Positions 24,736 to 36,300 of a stretch of DNA of 64,000 nt are shown piece by piece. The notes beneath the pieces are model-generated. The model saw only the letters and a program-made list of their open reading frames with translations. It searched no databases and was not told the DNA's origin. Within the stretch, counting starts at the first letter, position 1. Every line of letters starts with the position of its first letter. The stretch comes from Ostrea edulis (taxonomy: Eukaryota), in assembly GCF_947568905.1 (NCBI RefSeq), contig NC_079164.1, forward strand, positions 43,648,001 to 43,712,000. Reading direction: 5' to 3'. Made by a program: the position numbers and the translations under genes.

Positions 24736-25640
24736 GCTTACAGAGCTTCCAGAACTTAAAAGAATTCATTGCAGTCATGAATACATAGAATGTATACTTG
24801 TTACATGTACTGCTTGATGAAAGTATAATTTTGAATATTAAGGGCATACGCAACATTTCTGATATTTTCTAAAAAAAACCAAAAACATTTCATCTCAATT
24901 GGAAGAGTTCATGTATGATTTCCGAAATAGGTTTCAATTTTATATTGTAGTTTGGTATATCAGTGGTTGGATTAACTAGTAATTTAAACTATGCTAACTC
25001 TATAACAGATGTGGTAATATACCTCAAGAATTTTTGTAGAAACGAGATAGAATGTCATAAAAAATTATATATAATTTAAAAATGTTGCGGATGTCCTTAA
25101 ATACCAAGTATGAAATAAAATAAGATAAAGAGACAACATTGACTGCGTACAGTAGTTCATTTAATTGCAACATGATACATAATGATTTATTCAGTATTTC
25201 ATTAGTAGTTTAAAGTCAGATGTGACTGAATTCCTCATAAATCAGAGGAAAACTGGTCAAAAAGGGAGGAAAACACCTCACCCTACCTGGAAAAATATCA
25301 TTTTCTGCCACTTTAGATCGAATCCAGAGTGTTTCATTTTTTTTTGAAAATTGAGCAAATCAGAGGATTTCCTCTGAAAAGATGAAAAATCACACCCCTG
25401 TAAAGTCTATCGGATATATGCCATATGAGAAGAAACGTTCACAAGATCTTGTAACAGATGGACAGAAAATACAAAAACAATGTCTCCCCATGGAAAAGAG
25501 GCGACATAATTTATATGACCTGTTGCTTGTGACAAGCTGGCCCTGCATTTTATCATCATGACATCCAAAATTGTGTAAGTAACACCACATTCTAATAATG
25601 TGGTATTTTACATGTAAATTAGTACAAGTCACAGATATGT

Positions 25641-28600
25641 TCATAATTTTGATGCAATGAATGGTCTGTAATATTTCTCAAAAAATACTTTCAACTTTGG
25701 CAACAAAGAATGTTCACAGTAATATGTGTCAAGAGGGATTTTCTGAACAAAAAGATCCCTAAGAGTGAAAACAACAAAATAACAAAATTTTCTTTTGCTT
25801 ATGTACAGCTGACCCTGTATTTGATCATAATAATTATGGGACTTTTTCAATACAACATTTTCATTGTCATCAAACATAAGATATTTGAAATGTGCTCCTG
25901 GTTTGACCATTTCATTTTTTCCACTGTAGGAGCATTTGACCTCAACAATTGCAGAATCATCCACAACTGCATCTGGGGATGCTCCCAAATATGGGTAGTC
26001 TAAACACACAAAAAGCCCACATTCTTTTGTTTTTATACAAAACTTGTCGTCAAACAATTTCAAAGCTTTTTTTTCATAATTTTTCCCATGTAAAATAGCT
26101 TTGGTTTTGATACTTGAGCACATAAGGGAACTACATAACTTATTAGTATTGCGTCGACAAGTAGCCTTGCAGACTTCCTTAAATCGTGATGCAGTTAGCC
26201 TCCACTCCCTAGCCTCAAACCATTTCGAGTTTCTGCTCTGTCCTCTAGTTGACACTTCTATTTGGTGAATTTTGCGTTCATCGACCTACAAATATTTCAT
26301 CATTTTTTAGAGAAACATTTATTAGACCTAGTAATTATATAAAATAATAACTTGTAATAATGGCAACTTGTAATAATGGCATGTTCACAATGAAAATCAA
26401 CTTAATGTATTATATATTGGTATCATTTAACATGAATTCATCTGGTAAACATAAAAAAAATTTTACGTAATAGTATTTCTGCATCACGAAAAAAATTGTG
26501 AAAATAACATTATGTATCAATATTGTTGATAATCCCATGAAAAGGAAAAAGGGGAAAACTTTTTTAATCAATGCAGTTTTATACAAGATTTTCATACATT
26601 AATTTCTAATATTTTTTATACATGTCTTTAATAATTACCTACCATCAAAGCATTATCAACCATTTGTTCTGTAAGTGGCAAAGGACCATAATCATGCATC
26701 ATGGACACAACCTATGTTTTAAAAGAAAAGAAAATTGCAACACTATCAAGATGATTCTTGAGCTGTCAATCATGTTTGTTGTGTTTAATCAAATACAAAT
26801 GGTCAATTTTATAAAACCACTTAAATTGACAGCAAAATTCATACTTATATATGATGATTAATGCAAAGATGTGTGGTTATATAAAAAAGATTTTATACAT
26901 ATTTGTACATAAGCTCTCATTACATTCAAGACAATTATGCTGTGCTCTACATTAAGGGTTACATCCTATTCTGAACTTTATTTTCCCTGTTTTACATACA
27001 TGTGTTCTTCAAATATACTGAGTACAGTACCTGAAAATTTGCTCTTGGGTACAGATACCGCATAGAGATATCTTTGGATGTCTGGCTGCAGTAGTTAGTA
27101 ATAATGTTTTGCACCATTGAGTTGTAAGATGGATTGTTTCTGTGTTTGAGTGGCCTAGGATCCTCAAAAAACTCTTCATATGGCCTCTTTTTGGAAGGTA
27201 GATCCTCTGCTTTTACTGGAGAACCTGTTACATGTATATTCAAACATGTCTATAAATCAAACAATATTTTATTCAATACTGAATGGAGATGGGCAGCATG
27301 ATGAACCTATGTTTGCCCATGTCTGCAAACATGTTTATAAAAGAATAGGTTGCTTACTAATATTGCAATTTGACAGACAAATGCTAGGGACAGCAAACTG
27401 ACTGTAAAAAACCCATGGTTTCCTTAAACAAGAGGCTCATGGGCCACATCCCTGACCTGAGTCACCTTGGTCCATATTTAAAGATTTTCACTATATATTA
27501 AAAGGGTATAATTCCAATGTTATTTATTACAATTGTTTTGATTGGACAAAAATAAAGCTGAACAAGAGTTGATACATCAATAAATCTGAAAACGCGATGT
27601 ATTCATACACGCCTGAAAACAAATAACATAGTGCAGGGAAACTATTCAAATTTTCGCAATTGTTAATAAGTGAATGAATTGGAATTATAAGAATCAAACA
27701 TTTTTTTTTTGAAGAATTTATCGAAGTGTAAACTCCGGACATTTTACTCACAAACTTAACATAAAAGTGCTTCGCATTTACATACCACTATATGTACTCT
27801 TTGGTCTATTGAAAGACATAAGATTTTCTGTGCAGGATTTTGCAATTCTCAATGTCCCATTTTCTGCAAATCTCTCGAGCATGATGCAAACAACCGCCAG
27901 GTGTTTGCAGGTGCCATGGGGCCCTCTCCCTGCTGGACATTCACAATGTGTGTTCAGAGGGTCACCACTCTCTCTTGAGATCCTGACTTTATAGTTGTAG
28001 GTAACCTATCAAGTAGATATGAAAATAATCTTTTACAAAACCCACACAAATGTATGTTATTAGTGAAAATTGTGAACCGGTCTCTTTAAAAAGTCATACT
28101 AGTAATGTCTATTGTAAATTTGCTGCAGGTTTATGTCTGTCTAATGCTGTAAAATAAAAGCTGATGAGATTGGGCTGGGTTTTAATTTAGCCTAAATGGT
28201 GAAGCAGGTTTATTATATACAGAAGGATGTTAGTTGTGTATATAATGTTACCTCCATATCTATGATATTCATTTCCCTCCACAAGCAAAATTAGGCCATG
28301 AAATTTTTTATACATGTGCATACCAGAGAATGCTACTGTCTGACTTACTTTTTGTTTCATTGAGGCGCCCACTATTCCTGTGAGGTAAATATCATCCTCA
28401 ATGCAAACAGAACATGCCAAAACTTTGTTAGAGTCGAACATGTCTTGGCCCTTTACCAATGCTTTCAGATCTCCAGTACATTGTCTGTCATCTAATTAAA
28501 AAAAATCTAAATAATTAATATGATACAATATTTTTTACATGCTTTCATACAAAGGATATAAAAGGATTTTTTAATATGAATAAAATATGTGACAATTTTG

Positions 28601-30556
28601 CTGTTTTCTAAATTTGATCCTTTTGACAGAATTTTCCTATGATTCTCGGAACATTTTCATCACAAACATTTACAATACTTAAAGCTTGTGCAAAACACAA
28701 AAGGGCCTCTATTGTATCATATGTAGATCTTTCAGATTTAATAAATTCTTCAGTTTTTAATAGCATTCCTATATAACTTATAAATTGTATACCTGCTAAT
28801 CGATATAAAAAATATGCTTCGATCTGTTCCCTTGTAATTTTGGGGATAATGCACTTGTGCTCTTGAAGGATCTGTTTAAAGCCAGCCACTGGCCATCCAA
28901 CATCAAGGGGCTCTGGTAGTAAAATTGGATCCTCCTTGAAATTCTCATTTCTATCATAAGCCTCCAATCTACCAATAAAATAGTATCTGATAATCATGTG
29001 TACAACTTGTTTAGACCAAACAAGTTTCTTAATAAATTTAAAATAATACATGTCAATAGGGCATAGTATCACAAAATGTTATAATTAGACATTCAGTACT
29101 TGGTTAGGCAAAAAAATATGTTTGTTTCAGGTTGCCTCTGATTTTAAAAAAAGGGTCGGTAAGTAGGTTTTTATTTTTTTAAAATGATTTTAAAAAAAAT
29201 AAATATGTGCCTTCAATGAAAATTTGATAGTTACAGTTCTTGTATAATGTGTTTAATAGATAAAAATGGGTTCAGAGCACAATATTTAATTCATTGACCA
29301 AATACACATTATGTGATTGAATTTTGATATATATACATTTACAATAAATGTCTTAGCATATATCAAAGTTGTCAGACACCATAAACAGAGCAGAAACCAT
29401 ACCAATTTTTAAAGGTGGTACAGAATATGCACAATAGTTGTGCACACTTTCCTACATGTATTTATTCATGTCAGAACATTGTTTGTAATCAATGTGTCAG
29501 CTACTTCTACCCAAAACACAATATTCAACCACATACACAATATATTTGACAAAAAGCATTGCATAGTATATACTCCATACAATGTTTCTTAGGCTAAAGA
29601 CTACCCTTGCACTCGGGTTTGAGTGACTTTTGTACATGTGTATTCTTGTGGAAGTCCTATTCTTCCACCGGATAGTTCTTTATAATTACTTACATAACAA
29701 CAAAGCAGCTTCTAAAAGATTTGCCGCCATTGTTGTCGTCGACACTGTTAGCTCTTAACAAAATGATTTTGAGTAATAGTTTGTACATCCATAAATTTAA
29801 ATCGGAAAATTGAAAAAAATTAATAGGGTCAGTGGGTATATTTAGGGCCAGTCAGGCGACCTGAAACAAACATTTTTTTTATTTTGGCCTTATAAGTACC
29901 CATAGAAAATTTGATCTATAATTTATATACTCAATACATTTATCTAAAAACAATTCTCCTGAACTCATTTTTCGTTCAGTTTTGATGAAATTAAAAGCAC
30001 TGATCTTGGAATATTCACAGTATGATTTCATAATTACAGAATAATTCCATCATATTAATCTGTTGTACAGAAATAACAAAAGTACAAAGTTTATTTTTAA
30101 CGAAAACTTTCGAATCAAAAATATAGCATCGTGAATAAATTTTGTTCGTAATACCTCTGCAGTATTTCATCATAGATCTAAACGTTTTTAAAAAATCATG
30201 AAAGAGCTCTACTTCTGTTATTTCTAAACTTTCATTAACTATTTCTACTGAGGGAAAATTGGCTCAGGGGATTACATTAGAAGCAGGCAACTATACTTAT
30301 TAACAACAACCAAGAACATCCAACTTCGTCCTTGCGGGACGTATGCACAACTCGGTAAACCTATGGCTATCTGATCAGCTGGTGATGAAGTTCAAGGTTG
30401 TTAACTTCGTATCGGAAACGACTGGTTTATTAGAGGAACTATTTACCTGTCTATAAGATCCTGTTTTCGACCAGTTGTCACTGCACCTCTTTTTATCAGC
30501 TCTGCTTTTATCTGTGGGACTTTCCAACATGAATAACGCGAAGAAGTTTCATCCAT
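25641..30556 (-). CDS. SAP + SWIM zinc finger + YqaJ/lambda-exonuclease-like (PD-(D/E)XK) protein, 518 aa
   Basis: Exons 30556-30447, 28968-28793, 28491-28349, 28005-27786, 27224-27031, 26711-26643 and 26285-25641. All six introns are GT-AG with matching phases (2,1,0,1,0,0) and the 1557 nt are open. SAP WKVPQIKAELIKRGAVTTGRKQDLIDRL, SWIM CECPAGRGPHGTCKH, YqaJ RLTASRF..GASPDAVV..VEVKC..YYDQIQGQL. Confidence 0.88.
29107..29889. mobile_element. PIF/Harbinger-type MITE in intron 1 of the YqaJ gene
   Basis: Imperfect TIRs GGC(C)AAAA..TGTTTGTTTCAGGT(T/C)GCC. TTA flanks both ends (29104-29106, 29890-29892). Confidence 0.6.
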
Positions 30557-30827
30557 GACTTGTGAACTTACGCTTCCATATACAGACGCTTGAATTTAAG
30601 CGCACTTCTAACCACCTCTAGAACCGTCGTGCCGCCTACCGAGTAATGACGTGAATGCTTACTATTGAATCTGTTTGTAATACAATTGCGAAATGCAACA
30701 GAAACTCTCATTGGTCCATATGTATAAGTCCGCCCAAATTCCCTTATACGGGAGTAGTCAGCATTTGAAAACATGACGGCCAGATGCTAGTGGGAAAAAA
30801 AACTTCAAAGTAAGAAAGAGAAAAAGT

Positions 30828-31562
30828 TGTATTTTTGTGTTGTTGTCTCATAAATTTAATATTAAAAAAATCCTAACATATTTTCCTACTATACTTGTGT
30901 CCAAACATACCTTCAAATATTTATTAAAGCCCCATACGACCCAAAAACTTGATCACAGCTTTTGATGATTTCGTTCGTAGACATAGCCATGTTAGGTAGC
31001 CAGTCAATTCGAATCCCAGTTCATTTCCATATTGGCACAATAGCGTCTAGATGTGTACTAATACCCCACAAATATTTTATCTAAATTGTTTAAATAATAT
31101 ACCACCCCATTCCTATTAAATGATAATTATTCAAATAGCTAAACTCACGGCAGTGCGGCTTTCATTAGTCATGAGCGGCCGCGCCGGCCGGTCTCCATCT
31201 AATGTCCTTATGTAGCATTTTCGTTCATCTAGAGCTTATTTTACCTTTACAAAAACTGGTACAAAAATGTTTTAATTTCTATTAATTATTCGTGTTGATA
31301 ATAAATGAAGAGCGAATACATAACTTACAACCGATTTTATGAATAGATACCAATAGCAAGAGTTCGAATTGACTGGCTACCTAACATGGCTACGTCAACA
31401 AACGAAATCATTTGAAGCAGCGAGTTTTCGGGTCGTGTGTGGCTTTAATGAATATTTGAAGGTATGTTTGGACACAAGTAGATCTATATAGTGGGAAAAT
31501 ATGTTAAGATTTTTTTTATATTGAGTTTATGAGACAGCAACACAAGAATACACCGATTTCAG
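30828..31562. mobile_element. MITE with ~190-bp terminal inverted repeats
   Basis: Arms at about 30828-31015 and 31361-31555 (e.g. TAGCCATGTTAGGTAGCCAGTCAATTCGAA and its complement). A related solo arm lies at about 11720-11850. Confidence 0.7.
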
Positions 31563-31772
31563 GCCTCAACCGTCCGCAGCTTTTTGTGACCCGTAAATCG
31601 AAGGTTTTTATAAGAGGTGGATCTTTTCAGAGAGCTATGTACACTGAATCCGCTCGAGAAAGTGGGCGGGCTGTAATCGGTTAATGAAAACTCTTGTTGT
31701 ATTACATCAAACATGTCATTCAAATTGTTCAATCGTCTCATTCAATTGTGTCGTCACACAACGCAATACTAT

Positions 31773-32780
31773 GCAAGGTGAAGATAACGAACAGTGATCA
31801 ATCTCACAACTCCTACAAGCAATACAAAATAGATAGTTGGGCAAACACGGACCCCTGGACACACCAGAGGTGGGATCAGGTGCCTAGGATGAGTAAGCAT
31901 CCCCTGTTGACCGGTCACACCCGCCGTGAGCCCTATATCCTGATCAGGTAAACGGAGTTATCCGCAGTCAAAATCAGTGTGCCAAGAACGGCTTAACAAT
32001 TGGTATGAAACACGTCAGACAGCATTTGACCCAATGCGAGGTTGTATTGACGAACTAGATCGTTATAACGACCATAGAATTTGCGAAATGCTGAATTCAA
32101 TCGAGACTGTTGAAATCCCTGTACCATCAACTTGTTTGTCAGTAGCTTACCTCGAATTAAAAATTGACTATATCCAGAACAAGCTCTTGCATATCGAATC
32201 AGTTGAGATATATAAACACCATATGCAGGTGATAATGGAATATTGCTACACAAATAATGGAAGTTGACGATGGAGAAGCTGAAATCATCCCATTTGTCAT
32301 ACAGTTGAGTTGTCAGTTTGCCGTTAATGTCTACTTTCAATAAAATATCTAAGTATGAAGCAGAAGTGGACGACTCTGTGGTGTCCTTTATTTCGAGCTC
32401 ACAGGGATATATCAAATCGACATATGAATGAAAGCTATCATTGTTAATAGACAAAACGTCATCGATATATCTAAAAGTCGAATTGAAGGTCACAGCGAGA
32501 GATGTTTTCTTCTCACGTAGAAGTTTTTGAATAAATTCTGCTTCATATGAATATAAAAACAGGTCAGCTAACAAAGGAGCACAATTCGTGCCCATGGGAA
32601 TTCCAACAGACTGTTGGAAGACCTGCTCACCAAAGACCACGAAGATATTGTCAATGAGGAACTCTAGCATATTTTTTATTTCAACGTCAGAGTACTTGTG
32701 CGTGGAATCAGAGTGGTGTTTAACAAAGTAAGTTTTTGAATGACCGATCACTAGATATGAATATTTCCGTTTTCCGTTTG
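31773..32780 (-). mobile_element. 5'-truncated Penelope-like retroelement (Naiad-like), RT C-terminal part open
   Basis: Open frame NGKRKYSYLVIGHSKTYF..GIPMGTNCAPLLADLFLY..FRYIDDVLSI..YLDI..LYDKWDDF..FHTNC*. No GIY-YIG domain follows the RT. The ~220-nt 3' UTR is shared by all fragments in the window. TAT is duplicated at the junctions. Confidence 0.9.
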
Positions 32781-32842
32781 TATATCGGGTAAAGTGTTCT
32801 AATTCAAAGGTGAATTGCGATAAGTGAGATATTAAGGCAATC

Positions 32843-32934
32843 TAAAATTAGACTTGTAAATTCCGCTCCTTTATGAGACTCCACTTGTATGTGAAGTGTG
32901 TCGTAAAGGAGCGGAATTTACAAGTCTAATTTTA
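32843..32934. repeat. 92-bp perfect hairpin / MITE
   Basis: 31-bp perfect arms TAAAATTAGACTTGTAAATTCCGCTCCTTTA at 32843-32873 and 32904-32934, with a 30-nt spacer and TA at both outer ends. Confidence 0.85.
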
Positions 32935-33360
32935 ATTCGACTGCACGAAGGGGGAAACTAATTACATGTACATGTAAATTACAAACAGGCTTGTATAGTG
33001 AATTAAAATAATATTTCTTTTACTAATGTGTAAAAACGGTATCTCAGATGTAAATTCAGACAAAAAGGGGGTTTTCAGTGGGATTCCCCAGTCTATTAAT
33101 TCAACACAGGCATTATTAAAGTTTAACAGTTTAATCCTAAAACCTACAATTATGCATATCTTTGTTTAAAACTACATAACTTTATTTTTCATTCTAAGCC
33201 TTAATAAACTTGCTCACTTGTTAAGTGTGTTTATTATAGTTACTTTGGGTGAAAACGATATAATTTTCATGAAATTAATTATTCGGCTATTATGGGGTTC
33301 ATAAACACATATATGACTGGATGATATATAGAGCAAAGCGGAAGTTGTGTATTCATCTGC

Positions 33361-36300
33361 ATGTATATCAAACCACGCTTGCTGTGGATATTCATATCAG
33401 TTTTTGCGGCAATGGCATCGTCAATGTGTAGCAATGAGTCCGCCTGGACAAATCTAACTTCCTCAATGGATAACAAAAGGTTACCCGACTCAGTGCTTAT
33501 ATGTACTTTTGTAAGTAGTTCTCTGTCCATCATAGGAGCAATCGTCATATTTGTAACCTATTGCACGATTCCCGAGGCAAAGAATCAAACCCGACGTCTA
33601 CTCATTTATCTGACGATTGCCGACCTTCTGACTTCATCGGGGAATCTTCTAGGAGCTATACGATATTCTTACACTCACCGGAATCAGGGACTAATTACAG
33701 AAGAACACATCATTTGGCACTGTCATCACCCGGACGATATTTGTGCCGCTCAGAGCCTGATAAACACATTTTCTGCGCTAGCCTCGTTTTCATGGACTAT
33801 AATTATTGGTCTACATATTCTCTTAGCGCTTGTGTATCAATCCGAATGGTGTTTTACTACAATGCCAAAAGTTCTGGCCCATTCTGTGTCTTGGGGTATA
33901 CCACGTAAGTCTTTTTGTCTTGAATATTAAGCCGAGGCAGTGATATTTCAACCCTTCGGATTTGAAAATATTTGATCGTCGTGGGGGATCATAATAAGCC
34001 TACTCTTTTATCAAACACCACCACGACGGTCTTTCACGCACCAAAAGAGTTGTGATCTCTGACACGGGGCAACTTTTTATGTCCCAATTTGACGGACCAT
34101 GGATAATTATGCTTACGGAAATTGGATACAAAACAATGTTTAATTACGATGTATTGTTCATTGAATTTGAAATAATACGAGATCTATTATATTATATTCC
34201 CAAGGATTTTTCAGTTTCATTGGGGTGCTGTTATATGGATAAGGGGATTATGTACATCAAAGCAATATACATGCACTGTACATTGTATATTCTGATGATG
34301 TTTAAATCCACAAAAATCAGAACCCACCAAATAAAACGATTTCATAGTACATGTATGTTAAATACAATATTGCGATTTAAAGATTGAATAATTTATGATG
34401 ATTACTTTTTTTATACGCTCGTCTTTAGAGGAGGCGTATTATGGTACAGCGATGTCAGTACGTTCGTCCGTTCAGCGTTTTCTGTTTTTAATTTCAATTC
34501 TCTGTCATAAATCAAGCTGAAAGTTGCTATGTAACTTCTTTGTGGATCACTTTATATCATGTTCCAATTTTGATCTACCTCGACCTATCTTGCAGGAGTT
34601 TTGTCCCTTTGTTTAAAATTTGTTGTTATAAGGATACATAATTTGCCCGGCAAACTCCTCCAACGATTTTCAAGTGAGGAGCGTCGCATTTTACAGAGTG
34701 TTTGTACGGGTATTGAAGATGTGCATGTGGCAAGGATTTTGATTTTTGTCAATTTTTGAGAAAATTACAAGCTATTGAACTAAGTCCGTTTCGAGGAATT
34801 ATTACATAGAGAGTACATGATTTGTGTGTTTTTCCTTCCACAGTTTTCAAGTGAGGACCTTCTTATTCTACTGAGTATTTGTATGGGTATAGAAGATGTG
34901 CATGTGGCAAGGTTTTTGATTTTCGTCAATTTTTGAGAAAACTGTAGGTTGTTGAACTTGGTCGGGTTTGAGAAAATATTATATTAAATCCTCTTTCAGT
35001 TTAGATGCTAGGGTCTTTGTAAATAACTTGAAGGTGTCCATAGTGCTAGGATTTTGAGTCTCAACAATTCTAAATTTTCTTTGATGTTTTAAATATTTAC
35101 ATGTTGAACTTGGTCAAAGTTTATGAAATATTTTACACACAGAACTCTTGGTTTGTCTATCTCCTGTCACAGTTTTAAGCCAAGACCCTTTATTCATACG
35201 GTGCAATAAAAAGTATGTCACAGCCTGATGATGGCGGATACTACCGGAAGCAAAGTCCTACATGTACAAACACTCTATGTAAGCATTTAAATTTTTCGCA
35301 GGCGTATTATGTAACGTTTGCAGTATTTTTGTTTCTTCCTGATATAAAAGTGTCGTTATCCCTATGACTTCTGCTCAGTATGTTAGTCAATATTAAAAGG
35401 AAATTACATGTACCACTTTTTTTTTTCTTTTTTTTTTGCACCATCTTTTTAAAATAAAAATAGTAGGTTTTCTGAAATCCAGACTCGCTCGAAACACACT
35501 GGGTCGTGAAAATGTTTATTAAAGCTATGAACGATGAACATAAATCAAATCGATCGCTAATGCGAAAGTGCCATAATTTCTAATGACATCACTTTAAGAA
35601 TATTATAATGTGCATAAAAGCATGTCAAATTACTTCTTGGATCCGCTAAATATTCCCCACACCAAAATCAACCGACGTATGAAACATCTACTAATAAATA
35701 CATTTATTACTATCTTTTAGTCGTGATCACCTTGACAGCTGCCTTCAAGAATGTTCTCGGAGAGGATCTATCCATCGGAAGCGGCCCATGGTGCTGGATT
35801 AGGGGCTGTTTGGACCAGGAAAAAACCATCCTGTGGATGACAGTGAGTGGGAAAGGCTGGGAGATCCTGACCTATATCGTCACAGCGTTCCTGTACATTT
35901 ATCTCAAGTACTATATGATTAGGAAGGTAAGCAAATACAGGTTCCACAGGCAATTATACCGCTTGGATTCGAATTTACTATTAAAGGATAAAGGTATAGA
36001 ACTCTAAAATATAGGGTACCCAAATTCACCAATATAAGAACAATAAACCAAATTATACTCTGTATTCTAATATACAGTGTGCGTAGTCAATCTACATGTA
36101 CAATACTTCCAAAGTTCATCCAGAAATTTCGTATACTTCCCAAGATATGCAGAAATGAATTCGGAAAAATGCCCATTATTTTTTGGTCGAATTTTAGCTG
36201 GGCCCTGAAACAATACAACTAAACAGAATGTTTGAGCATTGCAACAAGCTATTACATAGAATGTGCTGCATTAGATATAATTTCCAAGATGATTTTCTTG

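Larger units (their letters stand above)
22771..30638. mobile_element. ISL2EU-type (PIF/Harbinger-related) DNA transposon, apparently intact
   Basis: Two convergent spliced ORFs (THAP-HTH-DDE transposase on +, SAP-SWIM-YqaJ on -). They are bracketed by a 30-bp inverted repeat at 22771-22800 and 30609-30638 (27/30 identical). Exact termini are uncertain (see findings). Confidence 0.85.

Noticed and set aside
24736-25640. Overlapping 3' UTRs of the convergent transposon genes
   Set aside because: The nearest AATAAA signals (about 25114 on + and 25188 on -) predict adjacent, non-overlapping ends. No evidence for overlap.
29688-29730. ATG GCG GCA AAT.. followed by a GTAAGT donor as first exon of the YqaJ gene
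   Set aside because: It ends in phase 1 whereas exon 2 needs phase 2, and it lies inside a MITE. The SAP exon at 30447-30556 fits both phase and domain.
22586-30781. GGCC-starting sequences as alternative ISL2EU termini
   Set aside because: Similarity between the two sides is weak and gapped, and no duplication flanks them.
31773-31995. Hammerhead ribozyme or SECIS in the Penelope-like 3' UTR
   Set aside because: No CUGAUGA..GAAA core on either strand and no clear AUGA/AA/GA SECIS geometry by eye. No in-frame TGA in the open RT fragment.
31977-32267. Recurrent MCQER.. ORFs (also 15275, 19923 and 44406)
   Set aside because: These are antisense frames of the Penelope-like RT. They recur only because the element recurs, and their lengths and stops vary.
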